A stretch of DNA of 64,000 nucleotides from Polyangiales bacterium (GCA_044229975.1 JBGARZ010000007.1:32001-96000), one strand, 5' to 3'; positions 18,044 through 27,545 are shown, counted from the first letter of the stretch. The notes: a model not told the origin generated them from the sequence alone. Made by a program: numbers and translations.

Positions 18044-19849
18044 ATGTCGAAGTTCGAGACGTTGGTGGAGATCTTCTCCGAGAGCACCAAGCGCTACGCC
18101 CAATCGCCGCTCTTTGGCGAGAAGCGCGAGGGCGAGTGGAAGTGGATGACCTACGGGGCCTTCAAGGAGAAGGTCGACAACCTCCGCGGCGGCCTCGCGG
18201 GCCTCGGCGTGAAGGTGGGCGATCGCGTGGCCGTGATCTCCAACAACCGCGCGGAGTGGGCCATCGGCGCCTACGCCACGTACACCCTCGGCGCGGCGTA
18301 CGTGCCGATGTACGAGTCGCAGCACGACGACGAGTGGGCGTACATCCTCAAGGACTGCGGCGCGCAGATCTGCTTCGTCCCCAACGAGAAGGTGAAGGCG
18401 AAGCTCGTCGCGGTGCGCGGCGACTGCCCCGAGCTCAAGCACGTCGTGACCTTCACCGGCGGTGACAGCGAGAGCGACACCATGGACGCGCTGCTGCGCC
18501 GCGGCGCCGAGACCCCCGCACCGCTGACCAACCCGGCGAAGAACGACCTCGCGGGGCTCATCTACACGTCGGGCACCACGGGCAAGCCCAAGGGCGTGAA
18601 GCTCTCGCACAGCAACATGGCCAACAACGTGAGCGCGATGCACGAGATGCTCGCCATCGGGCCGGGCGATCGGTCGCTGTCGTTTTTGCCGTGGGCGCAC
18701 TCCTTCGGACAGGTGGTGGAGCTGCACGGGCTCTTCTCCATGGGCGCCTCGCTCGCCATCGCGGAGAGCGTCGAGAAGCTCATCGCCAACATGACCGAGA
18801 TCGGCCCGACGGTGCTCTTCTCGGTGCCGCGCGTGTTCAACAAGCTCTACGCGGGCATCAACAAGAAGATGGAGACGGCCCCGCCGATCAAGCAGAAGCT
18901 GGTCGCGGCGGCGATGGCCAACGCGGCGAAGCGCCGCGAGCTGCACGACAAGGGCGAGAGCTCGTTGGTGGTCGAGACGCTGCACAAGGTCTTTGACAAG
19001 CTCGCGCTCTCCAAGGTGCGCGCGATTCTCGGGCCCAACCTGAAGTACGCGTTCTCGGGCGGCGCGGCGATTTCGCGCGAGGTGGCGGAGTTCATCGACA
19101 ACATCGGGGTCACCGTCTACGAGGGCTACGGGCTCACCGAGACGTCACCCATCGCGACGTGCAACTCGCCGAAGGGGCGTCGCATCGGCAGCGTGGGGAA
19201 GAGCATCCCGGGCACGCGGGTGAGCATCGACAAGAGCCAGACCGACGACCCCAAGAACGGCGAGGTCGTCTGCTACGGCCACAACGTGATGCAGGGCTAC
19301 TACAACCTCCCCGAAGAGAACGAGAAGGTCTTCACCTCGGACGGCGGCTTCCGCACCGGCGACATGGGCTACGTCGACGAGGACGGGTTCCTCTTCATCA
19401 CCGGGCGCATCAAGGAGCAGTACAAGCTGGAGAACGGCAAGTACGTGGTCCCGGTGCCGATCGAAGAGGCGATGAAGCTGTCGCCGTGGCTGGTCAGCGT
19501 GATGGTCCACGGCGCCAACCGGCCCTTCAACGTGGCGCTCATCGTGCCCGACATCGAGAAGCTCAAGGGCTGGGCGAAGGAGAAGGGGCTGTCGGTCGAT
19601 CCGCTGCCCACGCTGCTCACGCACCCGGACGTGATGGCGCTGTACCGCGACGAGATCGCGAAGCTCACGCAGGAGATCAAGGGGTACGAGCGGGTGCGCA
19701 ACTTCGCGCTCATCGCGGAGGACTTCAGCGTCGACAACGGGCTGCTCACGCCGAAGATGTCGCTCAAGCGCCGCAACGTCGTGCAGAAGTACGAGTCGAC
19801 CATCAACGGGCTCTACGACGGGGCTCCGCCGGTGACCGCGGGGGACTGA
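18044..19849 (+). CDS. Long-chain fatty-acid-CoA ligase
   Basis: IYTSGTTGKPKGV, YEGYGLTE, FRTGDMG, TGRIKE, LTPKMSLKR. Confidence 0.93.
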   Translation: MSKFETLVEIFSESTKRYAQSPLFGEKREGEWKWMTYGAFKEKVDNLRGGLAGLGVKVGDRVAVISNNRAEWAIGAYATYTLGAAYVPMYESQHDDEWAYILKDCGAQICFVPNEKVKAKLVAVRGDCPELKHVVTFTGGDSESDTMDALLRRGAETPAPLTNPAKNDLAGLIYTSGTTGKPKGVKLSHSNMANNVSAMHEMLAIGPGDRSLSFLPWAHSFGQVVELHGLFSMGASLAIAESVEKLIANMTEIGPTVLFSVPRVFNKLYAGINKKMETAPPIKQKLVAAAMANAAKRRELHDKGESSLVVETLHKVFDKLALSKVRAILGPNLKYAFSGGAAISREVAEFIDNIGVTVYEGYGLTETSPIATCNSPKGRRIGSVGKSIPGTRVSIDKSQTDDPKNGEVVCYGHNVMQGYYNLPEENEKVFTSDGGFRTGDMGYVDEDGFLFITGRIKEQYKLENGKYVVPVPIEEAMKLSPWLVSVMVHGANRPFNVALIVPDIEKLKGWAKEKGLSVDPLPTLLTHPDVMALYRDEIAKLTQEIKGYERVRNFALIAEDFSVDNGLLTPKMSLKRRNVVQKYESTINGLYDGAPPVTAGD

Positions 19850-19871
19850 TCGCAGCGGGGGGAGACCCGTC

Positions 19872-20624
19872 GTGACGGAGCGGACGACGTCGGACGAGCC
19901 GCGCGACGCCAGCCCGGCGCTGGTGCAGTTGCTGAGAGCCTTCAACGAAGTCTGGGACGGCGAGGCGCGGCAGGAGCTGGCGCGCTTCGCGGCGCGTCTT
20001 GTCGGAAGCAAGGCGGACGAAAGCGTGGAGCTTCGGCGCCTGCACGTCTGCCTCGATTGGTCTGTGCGGAAGATCCTGCCGCGTTCGCTCGCGGCCTGGG
20101 GTCTGCGGGCAGAGGCGGAGGAGGTGGCCGCGTTGCCCGCGCTGGCGACGTCCGTGCTGGGGGACGTCGACGTCATGGAAGCCGTCGAGGTCATTGCGCG
20201 GGTGCGACGGGGCTGGAATCGGGTGATTCGCGGCTCATGGGCCGTCACCATGGGCTCTTGCGCGGACGCGCTCGTCGCCAATGAGTGGGTCGTGGCGGAC
20301 AGCGACTCCGTCGTCGCCGCACGGGCCGTCGCTTCCGCGTACGACGCGGCGAGCCCGACCCGTCTCGACCACCATTTCGCCTACTACAGCGCGGCGATCG
20401 AGCACGCGACGCCCTGCGCCCTGCTGGCGGCGGAGGCCGTCCGGGTGCTGCACGCGGTTCCGGCGTTCGTCCTGCGGATCAATCCGGACGAGGCGGGCGA
20501 CGACTTCCCGACCGCCGCCCACTGGGACGCAGCGGAGCGCGCGCGACCGCTGCTCGGCGAGGCCGACGCGGCGACGCGGGCGGAGACCTTCGAGATCCTG
20601 GAGCGGCTCTTCGCGAGGAGGTGA
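19872..20624 (+). CDS. Hypothetical helical Ala-rich protein
   Basis: 250-aa ORF with GGAG RBS before GTG; no catalytic motif recognised. Confidence 0.6.
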   Translation: MTERTTSDEPRDASPALVQLLRAFNEVWDGEARQELARFAARLVGSKADESVELRRLHVCLDWSVRKILPRSLAAWGLRAEAEEVAALPALATSVLGDVDVMEAVEVIARVRRGWNRVIRGSWAVTMGSCADALVANEWVVADSDSVVAARAVASAYDAASPTRLDHHFAYYSAAIEHATPCALLAAEAVRVLHAVPAFVLRINPDEAGDDFPTAAHWDAAERARPLLGEADAATRAETFEILERLFARR

Positions 20625-20646
20625 CCGCCCGCCTTTCTCGATGGGC

Positions 20647-20736
20647 GTCCGGATCAAGGCTCAACCCATCGTGGGACCGGGGGGCGGGGCAACGCCCAAA
20701 CCCCGGTCCGACAGGGGATTGAGCCTCGATCCCGGC
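20647..20736. repeat. Imperfect inverted repeat (about 36-bp arms) between convergent genes
   Basis: ggatcaaggctcaacccatcgtgggaccgggg ... ccccggtccgacaggggattgagcctcgatcc. Confidence 0.8.
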
Positions 20737-20752
20737 GACGGAGCATCTTCTC

Positions 20753-22021
20753 TCACGCCGCCGTCGACGTCGCCCCATCCCTGAACGGCCGCCACACCTT
20801 CTTCAACATCCGCCCCACCGCCTCGCGGCCCGTGCAGACGTTGTACTCGATGCCGTGCGCCTGGCAGAAGGCCACCACCTCGGGCGCCACCCGCTCGTAG
20901 TTGCGGCGCGGCATCGTCGGGAAGAGGTGGTGCTCGATGTGGAAGTTCAGGCTGCCGCAGAGCCACGTCCAGACGACGCCCGCGCCGGTGTTCTGCGAGC
21001 GGGCGATCATGGTGCGCGCCTGCGAGATCTCCGGGGTGACCGCGATGCGCAGGTGGTAGTGGTTCAAGCTCGACACGAAGGCCTGCATCGCCGCGACTAG
21101 CATCGGCGGCAGCAGCAACAGCGCGGCGTTGTCGAACCACCACGCGAGCAGCGCCCACCGCAGCGCGGCGGCCGCGAGCAGCGCGTACTTCCGCTCCCGC
21201 AGGAGGTACTGCGTCCCCCGGTACATCATGAACGGGAACGTCATCGGCAGGATCACGCCCAGCCACGTGAGCATCTGCACGCGCACCCAGCGCGCGCCGT
21301 GCACTCTCACGAGCCGTCGGTGCCAGACCACCTTGGGGATCTGCAACGCGCGGTCGCGACCGAGCTGGTTGGTGAACGCGTGGTGGTTGCGGTGGTCATC
21401 CGCCAGCGGGTTGAGCGTCGTGCCGAGCACCAGCACGCCCAGCGCGTCGACCCAGCGGCGGCCACGCTGCTCGCGACGAAACACCGCGTCGTGGCGGACG
21501 TCGTGCGAGAAGTACGTCTGGTTGAGAATCGCCACGCAGAACAACACAAACGCCAGCGGCACGCTCACCCGCGCGGCCACCAGCGTCAGCGCGAACGGAA
21601 CCAGCACCCCCGCGATGTCGGTCAGCAGCCACGACCACGTGTAGCGGAAGAGTCCCTCCGCGCGGAGGCGATCGGTGAGCGCGGCCATGTCGCGGTCTTC
21701 GCGGTGCAGCGTGTCGCGCTCCAGCTCCGCGATCTTGAAGCGCGAGAGCACCTTCAGCACCTTGCCGTTGCCCGCGTGGGCGGCGGCGAAGTGGCGCGTG
21801 GCGTCGGTGCCCAGGAGCGGCGTGATGACGGGCCCACCCGGGTGCTTCGCCGCGAAGCGCGCGAGGTCGTACACGCCGATACCGATGATGACCAGGCCGC
21901 GAATGGCGACCTCTTCGGCGCTCAGCCGCGGCCACTCCTTGCCCGGCGGCTCATGGATCTCGCCGGGCGGAATCGAGTCGCCCGCCAGCGAGGGCCGGCC
22001 CATCTCGTCGAGGAGCATCAC
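20753..22021 (-). CDS. Cytochrome b5-fused membrane fatty acid desaturase
   Basis: VYDL...KHPGG...GTDAT..F...H b5 domain; His boxes HDVRH, HRNHH, HIEHH. Confidence 0.9.
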   Translation of the reverse strand: MMLLDEMGRPSLAGDSIPPGEIHEPPGKEWPRLSAEEVAIRGLVIIGIGVYDLARFAAKHPGGPVITPLLGTDATRHFAAAHAGNGKVLKVLSRFKIAELERDTLHREDRDMAALTDRLRAEGLFRYTWSWLLTDIAGVLVPFALTLVAARVSVPLAFVLFCVAILNQTYFSHDVRHDAVFRREQRGRRWVDALGVLVLGTTLNPLADDHRNHHAFTNQLGRDRALQIPKVVWHRRLVRVHGARWVRVQMLTWLGVILPMTFPFMMYRGTQYLLRERKYALLAAAALRWALLAWWFDNAALLLLPPMLVAAMQAFVSSLNHYHLRIAVTPEISQARTMIARSQNTGAGVVWTWLCGSLNFHIEHHLFPTMPRRNYERVAPEVVAFCQAHGIEYNVCTGREAVGRMLKKVWRPFRDGATSTAA

Positions 22022-22762
22022 CTACGTCGCCTCCGCGTCGCGAAACCGGTGGAGATGCTCCGCGCGCACCACCGGCAGCCGGTGATGAACCTCGTGCTCG
22101 GTGTACACACACAGCCAACGCGAGCCGAGCAGCGTCGGGACGTAGACGGCGCGCAGCAGCCACGGCAGGTACGGCGGGCTCATGTGCAGGAAGCGCGCGA
22201 ACCCGAAGTAGTTGCCCATCCACAGCAGGCGCGCGGGGATGAGGTACCAGAGGAAGGCCCAGCCGAGCGCCCACGCCACCGCGCCGAACATCAGCGCGCG
22301 GAGCACGGCCTCGGCGACGTCCTGACGTGAGAGGCGCTTGCCCACGAGCGAGATCAAGAGCGCGCGCTCGGGCTGCCACCAGCAGCGCCAGAGGGCGGCG
22401 GGGATGGGTCCGTGGATGAGCGCGTGGTCGGGGTCGCGCTGCGCGTCGCCGAGGTACCGATGGTGCTGGAAGTGGAGGAAGCGCTGCTCGTGGATGCCTG
22501 CGCAGAAGGGGCTCAGCACCACCGGGATGAGCCGCATCACGAACGGAACCCGCGCGATGGGTGCGTGGTAGTACTCGTGGAAGGGCGTCATCGCGCGGCT
22601 GAGCAGCACCGCGCCGACGAGCAGCACCGGGGGCGGCGCGAGCCCCGCGGCGACCGCGACGAAGCAGGCCCAGATGACCGCGTAGGAGAAGAGCACCTCG
22701 CGCGAGTAGCCCCGCACGGCGTGATCGGTGTGGCGGAACTCGGTCGGGACGGGAGGCGCCAT
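22022..22762 (-). CDS. Short (246-aa) membrane desaturase/hydroxylase superfamily protein
   Basis: His boxes HEYYH, HFQHH (followed by DPD), HEVHH; several TM segments. Confidence 0.8.
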   Translation of the reverse strand: MAPPVPTEFRHTDHAVRGYSREVLFSYAVIWACFVAVAAGLAPPPVLLVGAVLLSRAMTPFHEYYHAPIARVPFVMRLIPVVLSPFCAGIHEQRFLHFQHHRYLGDAQRDPDHALIHGPIPAALWRCWWQPERALLISLVGKRLSRQDVAEAVLRALMFGAVAWALGWAFLWYLIPARLLWMGNYFGFARFLHMSPPYLPWLLRAVYVPTLLGSRWLCVYTEHEVHHRLPVVRAEHLHRFRDAEAT

Positions 22763-22859
22763 GAGGCGCTCATAGCGTCGGTGGCGACGGCGCCGCATTG
22801 ACCGATGCGGACGGATCATTGATCGACGCGGCCAATCCCGTCCGGTAGAACGGTCGGCC

Positions 22860-23891
22860 ATGTCCGGCATGGCGATGCATCACGTGCGTCGGGTGTTTCA
22901 GGCGGCGGAGCACCTCGGCGCCGACCCGGTGAAGCTCCGTGACGACGTGGGCATCGAGGCGTCGGCGCTCGACGAGCTCGACCGGAGGGTTCCGCCGGCG
23001 CAGCTCCGGGCGTTGTGGGACGAGGCCGCCGTGCGCACCGGGGAGGAGTCCTTCGGGCTGCGCCTCGCGGAGCTCACGCGCCCGTTTCCGCCCGACCACG
23101 TGCTCGGCTACGCGGTGATGACCAGCGCCACGCTCGGCGACGCCTACCGCCGCGTGGTGCGCTACGTGCGCCTCGTCGACGGCTCGCTCTCGGTGTCGCT
23201 CGACCTCGAGGGCGACCGCGCGCACGTGCGCCTCGGGGTGCACCCCGTCGACGGTCCGGGGCGTCACGGGGTGGAGTACGCGCTCGGGATGCTCTACGAG
23301 CCGGGGCGACGAACGATGGGCGAGGCCTTCGTGGTGCGGGAGGCGCGCTTCGAGCACGGGGCGCCGCGGAGCACGGAGATCCACGAGCGGGTGTTCGGCG
23401 CGACGGTGCGCTTCGATCAGCCGCGGACGGAGCTGGTGTTCGAGGCGGCGCTGTTGTCGACGCCGCTGATGAGCGCCGACCCGGCGCTGTGCGCGATCCT
23501 CGAACGGCACATGATGGGCTTGATCGAGGACGTCCCGGCGGCGACGGAGGAGGGCTTCGCCGCGCGGGTGCGGCAGGCCGTGGTGGCGTCGCTGCGAGAC
23601 GGCACGCCGACGGCGCAGTCCATCGCGAAGGGCCTCGGGTGCAGCGCGCGAACGATGCATCGTCGACTGGCCGAAGAAGGCGCGGGGGCGTTTCAGGAGC
23701 TGCTCGACGAAGTGCGCCGCGACGCGGCGGTGCGGCACCTGCGTGAGGGGCGCATCGAGATCAGCGGGATCGCGTTCGTGCTGGGGTTCTCGGAGGTGAG
23801 CGCGTTCTACCGGGCGTTCAAGCGGTGGACGGGGCGGACGCCGGTGGAGTACCGGCGCGGCGACGGAGAGCTGGCGGCGCGGTCGGGGTGA
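22860..23891 (+). CDS. AraC-family regulator (OruR-like ligand domain)
   Basis: C-terminal SARTMHRRL...F..LLDEVR...IAFVLGFSEVSAFYRAFKRWTG.TP; divergent from the desaturases. Confidence 0.93.
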   Translation: MSGMAMHHVRRVFQAAEHLGADPVKLRDDVGIEASALDELDRRVPPAQLRALWDEAAVRTGEESFGLRLAELTRPFPPDHVLGYAVMTSATLGDAYRRVVRYVRLVDGSLSVSLDLEGDRAHVRLGVHPVDGPGRHGVEYALGMLYEPGRRTMGEAFVVREARFEHGAPRSTEIHERVFGATVRFDQPRTELVFEAALLSTPLMSADPALCAILERHMMGLIEDVPAATEEGFAARVRQAVVASLRDGTPTAQSIAKGLGCSARTMHRRLAEEGAGAFQELLDEVRRDAAVRHLREGRIEISGIAFVLGFSEVSAFYRAFKRWTGRTPVEYRRGDGELAARSG

Positions 23892-23942
23892 AGGGACGGA
23901 GAGCGGTTGCGATGTGCCGCGATTGGCCCCAAGCATCGGGGC

Positions 23943-24452
23943 ATGGACAACGACCCGAGGAAGCTGATCGTGCTGGCCTTCGACTCGCCCCTGAAGGCGC
24001 AGGAGGCGTTGATGGCCGCGACCCGATTGATGACCGAGGGGGAGATCCTCCTGCACGACGCCGTCTTCGTGGCGAAGGACGCCAACGGCGAGACGGTGGT
24101 GAAGGAGACCACCGACGTGACGCCGGGCGAGGCCGCGCTCGACGGGGCGTTCTGGGGGCTGCTCTTCGGGACGCTGCTCGCCGGGCCGGTGGGCGCGATC
24201 GTGGGCAGCGCCATCACCGCGGGGACGAGCGCGCTCGCGGCGAAGCTCATCGACACGGGTGTTCCGGACGAGCGGGTGCAGGAGCTGCGCGAGACGGTGA
24301 CGCCGGGGAGCACGGCGCTGGCGCTGCTGGTGAGCCACGTGCACGTGGAGGCGCTCGTGAAGGAGATGCGGCGGTTTGCGGGCGCGCAGATCGTGACGAC
24401 CGACCTGCCCGACGCGACGGTCGCGGCGGTGCGTGAGGCGCTCGCAGGGTGA
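23943..24452 (+). CDS. DUF1269-like membrane protein
   Basis: LHDAVFV.KD, GAFWGLLFG glycine zipper, L.D.GV.D, PGSTAL. Confidence 0.85.
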   Translation: MDNDPRKLIVLAFDSPLKAQEALMAATRLMTEGEILLHDAVFVAKDANGETVVKETTDVTPGEAALDGAFWGLLFGTLLAGPVGAIVGSAITAGTSALAAKLIDTGVPDERVQELRETVTPGSTALALLVSHVHVEALVKEMRRFAGAQIVTTDLPDATVAAVREALAG

Positions 24453-24480
24453 CCGGCCGCGGCATCCGCCGGTGAGCCCA

Positions 24481-24579
24481 TCACCACACGACGTCGACTC
24501 GCGCGTAGCTGGCGATGAGGGCCGCCGGATTCGAACCCATCCAAAGCAGCGCGCAAGTGTCGAGAAGCAGGGGCGTCAC
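24481..24579 (-). pseudogene. Internally deleted PIN-domain (VapC-like) toxin remnant
   Basis: Reads MTPLLLDTCALLWMGSNPAALIASYARVDVVW*, i.e. a PIN N-terminal LLDT.ALLW joined to a C-terminal I..Y..V.VVW; GTGA overlap with the upstream small ORF. Confidence 0.75.
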
Positions 24580-24851
24580 CGCAGCGACTCCGGCCAGTCT
24601 TCCTCGTCGACCGGCGCGACCGCCGACTCGTGAAGGATCACCGGCCCCATGGTTCCTGCACGGGGAAACCTGCGCGCGAAGGCATCGACTCCCGACGGGC
24701 CGGTCGTGTCGGTCGTCCGCTGGTCACGCGCCGTCCCCACCGCAAGCACGATGACCTCCGCGGCCCCGATCGGAAAGTCTCTCGGGAGCCTCACGATGAC
24801 CTCGTGGTCTTCGGTGACCGTCACGTCCATCCGGTGCGCCTTCATGGTCAT
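24576..24851 (-). CDS. Small putative antitoxin-like protein
   Basis: MTMKAHRMDVTVTEDHEVIVRLPRDFPIGAAEVIVL...PVDEEDW; GAGG RBS; coupled to the PIN remnant. Confidence 0.7.
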   Translation of the reverse strand: MTMKAHRMDVTVTEDHEVIVRLPRDFPIGAAEVIVLAVGTARDQRTTDTTGPSGVDAFARRFPRAGTMGPVILHESAVAPVDEEDWPESLR

Positions 24852-24937
24852 GCCTCGCCTCGTCGGCATCCTACCCCGCCGACCGCGACGTCGCCTTCGA
24901 CTGTCGCTCGTGGGCTGAACCACCGTCCGGCACGCGC

Positions 24938-25630
24938 TCACAAACTCGCGGCCGCCGACAGCTCCGGCGGGCTGAGCACCCGCGCGTAGACGCGCACGTC
25001 GGCGATGGACCCGCGCCACCACTCGGGCGAGTGGTTCGACGGCGCGTTGCCGATGACGAGCGTGGAGCCCGCGGTGTTGAGCGCGAGCGGACCCGACGTG
25101 AGCATCACGCCGTCGACCCACACCGCCCCGCGGGCGCCGTCGAAGGTGGCGGCGGCGTGGTGCCAGCAGCCGTCGGCGAAGGTGTGCTCGCTCATCAGAT
25201 CCTGGAACTCGCCGACCAGCTTCACGCGGCCGGCGTCGACGAGCAGGCCGAAGCGCTGGCCCACCGTGGCGTTGCCCCAGTTGGCGATGACGTGCGCGCC
25301 GGTCGCATCGCTCGTCTGAAACCACACCGACAGGGTGCGCGGATGCGCGCCGGTCGGCAGCCTCGCGTCGTTGAACGCGACCTGCCCGTCGAGCCCGTTG
25401 AAGGTGTAGAGCCCGCCCGCGCCGCCACGCCTGTCGAGACCCGCGACCGCGGAGGTCGTCGGGTGCGCCTCCGAGGTCGTCGCGATCACCGGCACCTGAT
25501 GGAAGGCGATGACCGTGGGCGCCGCGCCCTGAGCGACGTAGCCGGGCGCCACGCCGTGGCCGGTGAACACGCACGCGTTGACGAGGCCGAGGGCGCCGAG
25601 AAGGCAGAGATGAAGTGGGTTGATGCTCAT
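24938..25630 (-). CDS. LamG/concanavalin-A-like domain lipoprotein
   Basis: LVNAC lipobox; TLSVWF, DGCWHHAAATFDG, VWVDG, G.IADVRVY.RVLS. Confidence 0.85.
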   Translation of the reverse strand: MSINPLHLCLLGALGLVNACVFTGHGVAPGYVAQGAAPTVIAFHQVPVIATTSEAHPTTSAVAGLDRRGGAGGLYTFNGLDGQVAFNDARLPTGAHPRTLSVWFQTSDATGAHVIANWGNATVGQRFGLLVDAGRVKLVGEFQDLMSEHTFADGCWHHAAATFDGARGAVWVDGVMLTSGPLALNTAGSTLVIGNAPSNHSPEWWRGSIADVRVYARVLSPPELSAAASL

Positions 25631-25694
25631 GGGGTGGGTGATGTCCTTTCGGCGCGACGGCCTCCGGGTCGACGAGCGCTCGGGCCGGGACATC

Positions 25695-25709
25695 GCAACG
25701 TGGGTGCCG
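25695..25709 (-). promoter_or_regulatory. Possible sigma54 promoter
   Basis: Minus strand CGGCAC-CCACG-TTGC, 64 nt upstream of ATG 25630. Confidence 0.55.
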
Positions 25710-25908
25710 ATCGAACATGGCGAGCGAACTGGGAAGATGTGCGTAGCGATCGACGCCGTAGCGCCGCGCTGACGTGGTGCTGGCGCCACGCCGTGGTGCG
25801 CACGCTCGGCCTCTACGCCGAGCGGTTGGGTGTGAGCGTCGACGAACAGCCAGTGGGAGTTTCACTCTCGTTGATTGGGCCATGAGAGTAGGCCGACATC
25901 GCAGTGGA

Positions 25909-26382
25909 TCACCCGGCCGACGCGACCTCCTTGGTCAAGAAGATCCGCGGCGGCGACGTGAACCCGGCGCTGCGATAGAGCCGCACCGCGGCCTCGTTTT
26001 CCGGGCGCACCATGAGGTGCAGCGCGCGAGCGCCGTGCCCCGCCGCGAAGGCTTCGATCAGCGGCAGCACAGCGCGCCCGAGCCCGTGGGCTCTTGCGTC
26101 GGGTCGCAGGTACAGCTCCGTCAGGAAGGCGTCGCGCCCCGACCACTCCAGGTCGAAGCCCCAGGTCACGACGAAGTATCCGCGCACGTCGTCCCCGTCG
26201 ATGACGAGACCCACCGCGCCCAGGTCAGGCGACGAGAGCAACGTCTCCAGCGCGGGCTGACAGGTGGCGCGGGTCCAGGCGATCGCCTCCAGGCGGTTGA
26301 AGTCGTCCATCATGTCGAGGAGCAGATTCGCGTCGGCGGGTGCAGCAGCACGGATGCTCGGATGGGACATAGCGTCGGCCAT
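25909..26382 (-). CDS. GNAT acetyltransferase
   Basis: ELYL.P.AR.HGLG, N.AA.RLY...GF. Confidence 0.9.
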   Translation of the reverse strand: MADAMSHPSIRAAAPADANLLLDMMDDFNRLEAIAWTRATCQPALETLLSSPDLGAVGLVIDGDDVRGYFVVTWGFDLEWSGRDAFLTELYLRPDARAHGLGRAVLPLIEAFAAGHGARALHLMVRPENEAAVRLYRSAGFTSPPRIFLTKEVASAG

Positions 26383-26436
26383 ACGATTCCTCTGTGCGTC
26401 GGTTACACAACCGGCACAGGACCACGATGGCGTCCT

Positions 26437-27498
26437 TCAAGGAAACACATCACCTCCCTCGGCATCGCCCAGATCTCGCGACAACTCAGCCTCGATCTCC
26501 TCGATGCTCGGCAGGCTGGTGTCGAGCGGCGAAGGTAGCGCCCGCACCAGCTCGTACTCGGCCACGCCGATGGGCTTGTCGATGCCCGATAGCGCGTACT
26601 CCGCGACGAGCCGGTTCTTCGTTCGGCAGAGCAGCAGTCCGATGGTGGGCTTGTCGTCGGGCGCCTTCACCTGCGCGTCGATCGCGCTCAGGTAGAAGTT
26701 CAATTGCCCCGCGTGCTCCGGCTTGAAGGCGTGTGCCTTGAGCTCCACCACGACGTAGCACTTCAATCGTACATGGTAGAAGAGCAGGTCGATAAAGAAC
26801 TCCTCCCCGCCGACCTCCAACCGAAACTGCCGACCAACGAACGCGAAGCCCGCCCCGAGCTCCAGCAGAAACCGGGTGATGTGGCGGACGAGGGCGCTCT
26901 CGATGTCGCGCTCCTGGGCTTCGTCCCCGAGGCCGAGGAAGTCGAAGTGGTAGGGGTCCTTGAGGACCTCGCGGACGAGGCTCGCCTCCGATGCCGGGAG
27001 GCGCTGGTCGAAGTTGTTGACTGCCGCACCTTGTCGCAGGTGGAGCTGGTTCTTGATCTGGAGCGTCAGGGTGTCGCGCGGCCAGGACCCACGGAGTGCC
27101 TCGCGGGCGTACCACTCGCGCAGAGACGGGTCGGCGAGCTTGGTCAGCAACGTGACGATGTGGAACCACGGCAATTGGTCAGCAGACTGCTGACCAATTT
27201 GAAGACCAGGGCATTCCTGCGCGAAAACGCGCATGTACTTGAGGTTCGAGACGGACAGCCCCTTCATGTCGGGAAACGCCGCCCGCAGATCGACCGACAG
27301 CCGATCGACGACCCGGGCACCCCATCCCTGCTGCCCCTGCCGTTCGAGGATCTCGCGGCCGATCTCATGGTAGAGGCGAATCTGTTCGCGGTTCGCAGAG
27401 AGCACCGCCTGCTGGCGTGCGCCGCGGATGCGCTGCGTCAGGCTGGCGACCCAGCGCGCATACTCTGGAGGAACTGCCAGGGGCTTGTCATTCGTCAC
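26437..27498 (-). CDS. yhcG: YhcG/DUF1016 PD-(D/E)XK nuclease-domain protein
   Basis: Y.EIG..I, GLS.SNLKYMR.F, LKDPY.FDFL, FLLELG.GFAFVGRQ, IDLLFYH, VELK, GQLNFY; GGGAGG before GTG 27498. Confidence 0.92.
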   Translation of the reverse strand: MTNDKPLAVPPEYARWVASLTQRIRGARQQAVLSANREQIRLYHEIGREILERQGQQGWGARVVDRLSVDLRAAFPDMKGLSVSNLKYMRVFAQECPGLQIGQQSADQLPWFHIVTLLTKLADPSLREWYAREALRGSWPRDTLTLQIKNQLHLRQGAAVNNFDQRLPASEASLVREVLKDPYHFDFLGLGDEAQERDIESALVRHITRFLLELGAGFAFVGRQFRLEVGGEEFFIDLLFYHVRLKCYVVVELKAHAFKPEHAGQLNFYLSAIDAQVKAPDDKPTIGLLLCRTKNRLVAEYALSGIDKPIGVAEYELVRALPSPLDTSLPSIEEIEAELSRDLGDAEGGDVFP

Positions 27499-27545
27499 TT
27501 CGAAAGCCTCCCGATCACCGTCACAAGGTGGTCGTGGATCGAGCG

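Noticed and set aside
22016..22024. In-frame TAG between the two desaturases (possible readthrough fusion)
   Set aside because: GGAGG lies 8 nt before the downstream GTG, so separate translation explains it; menF/menD show the same in-frame abutment
24510..24545. tRNA T-loop-like GGTTCGAATCC on the minus strand
   Set aside because: T-stem does not pair beyond 2 bp, no cloverleaf forms, and it lies inside the PIN remnant reading frame
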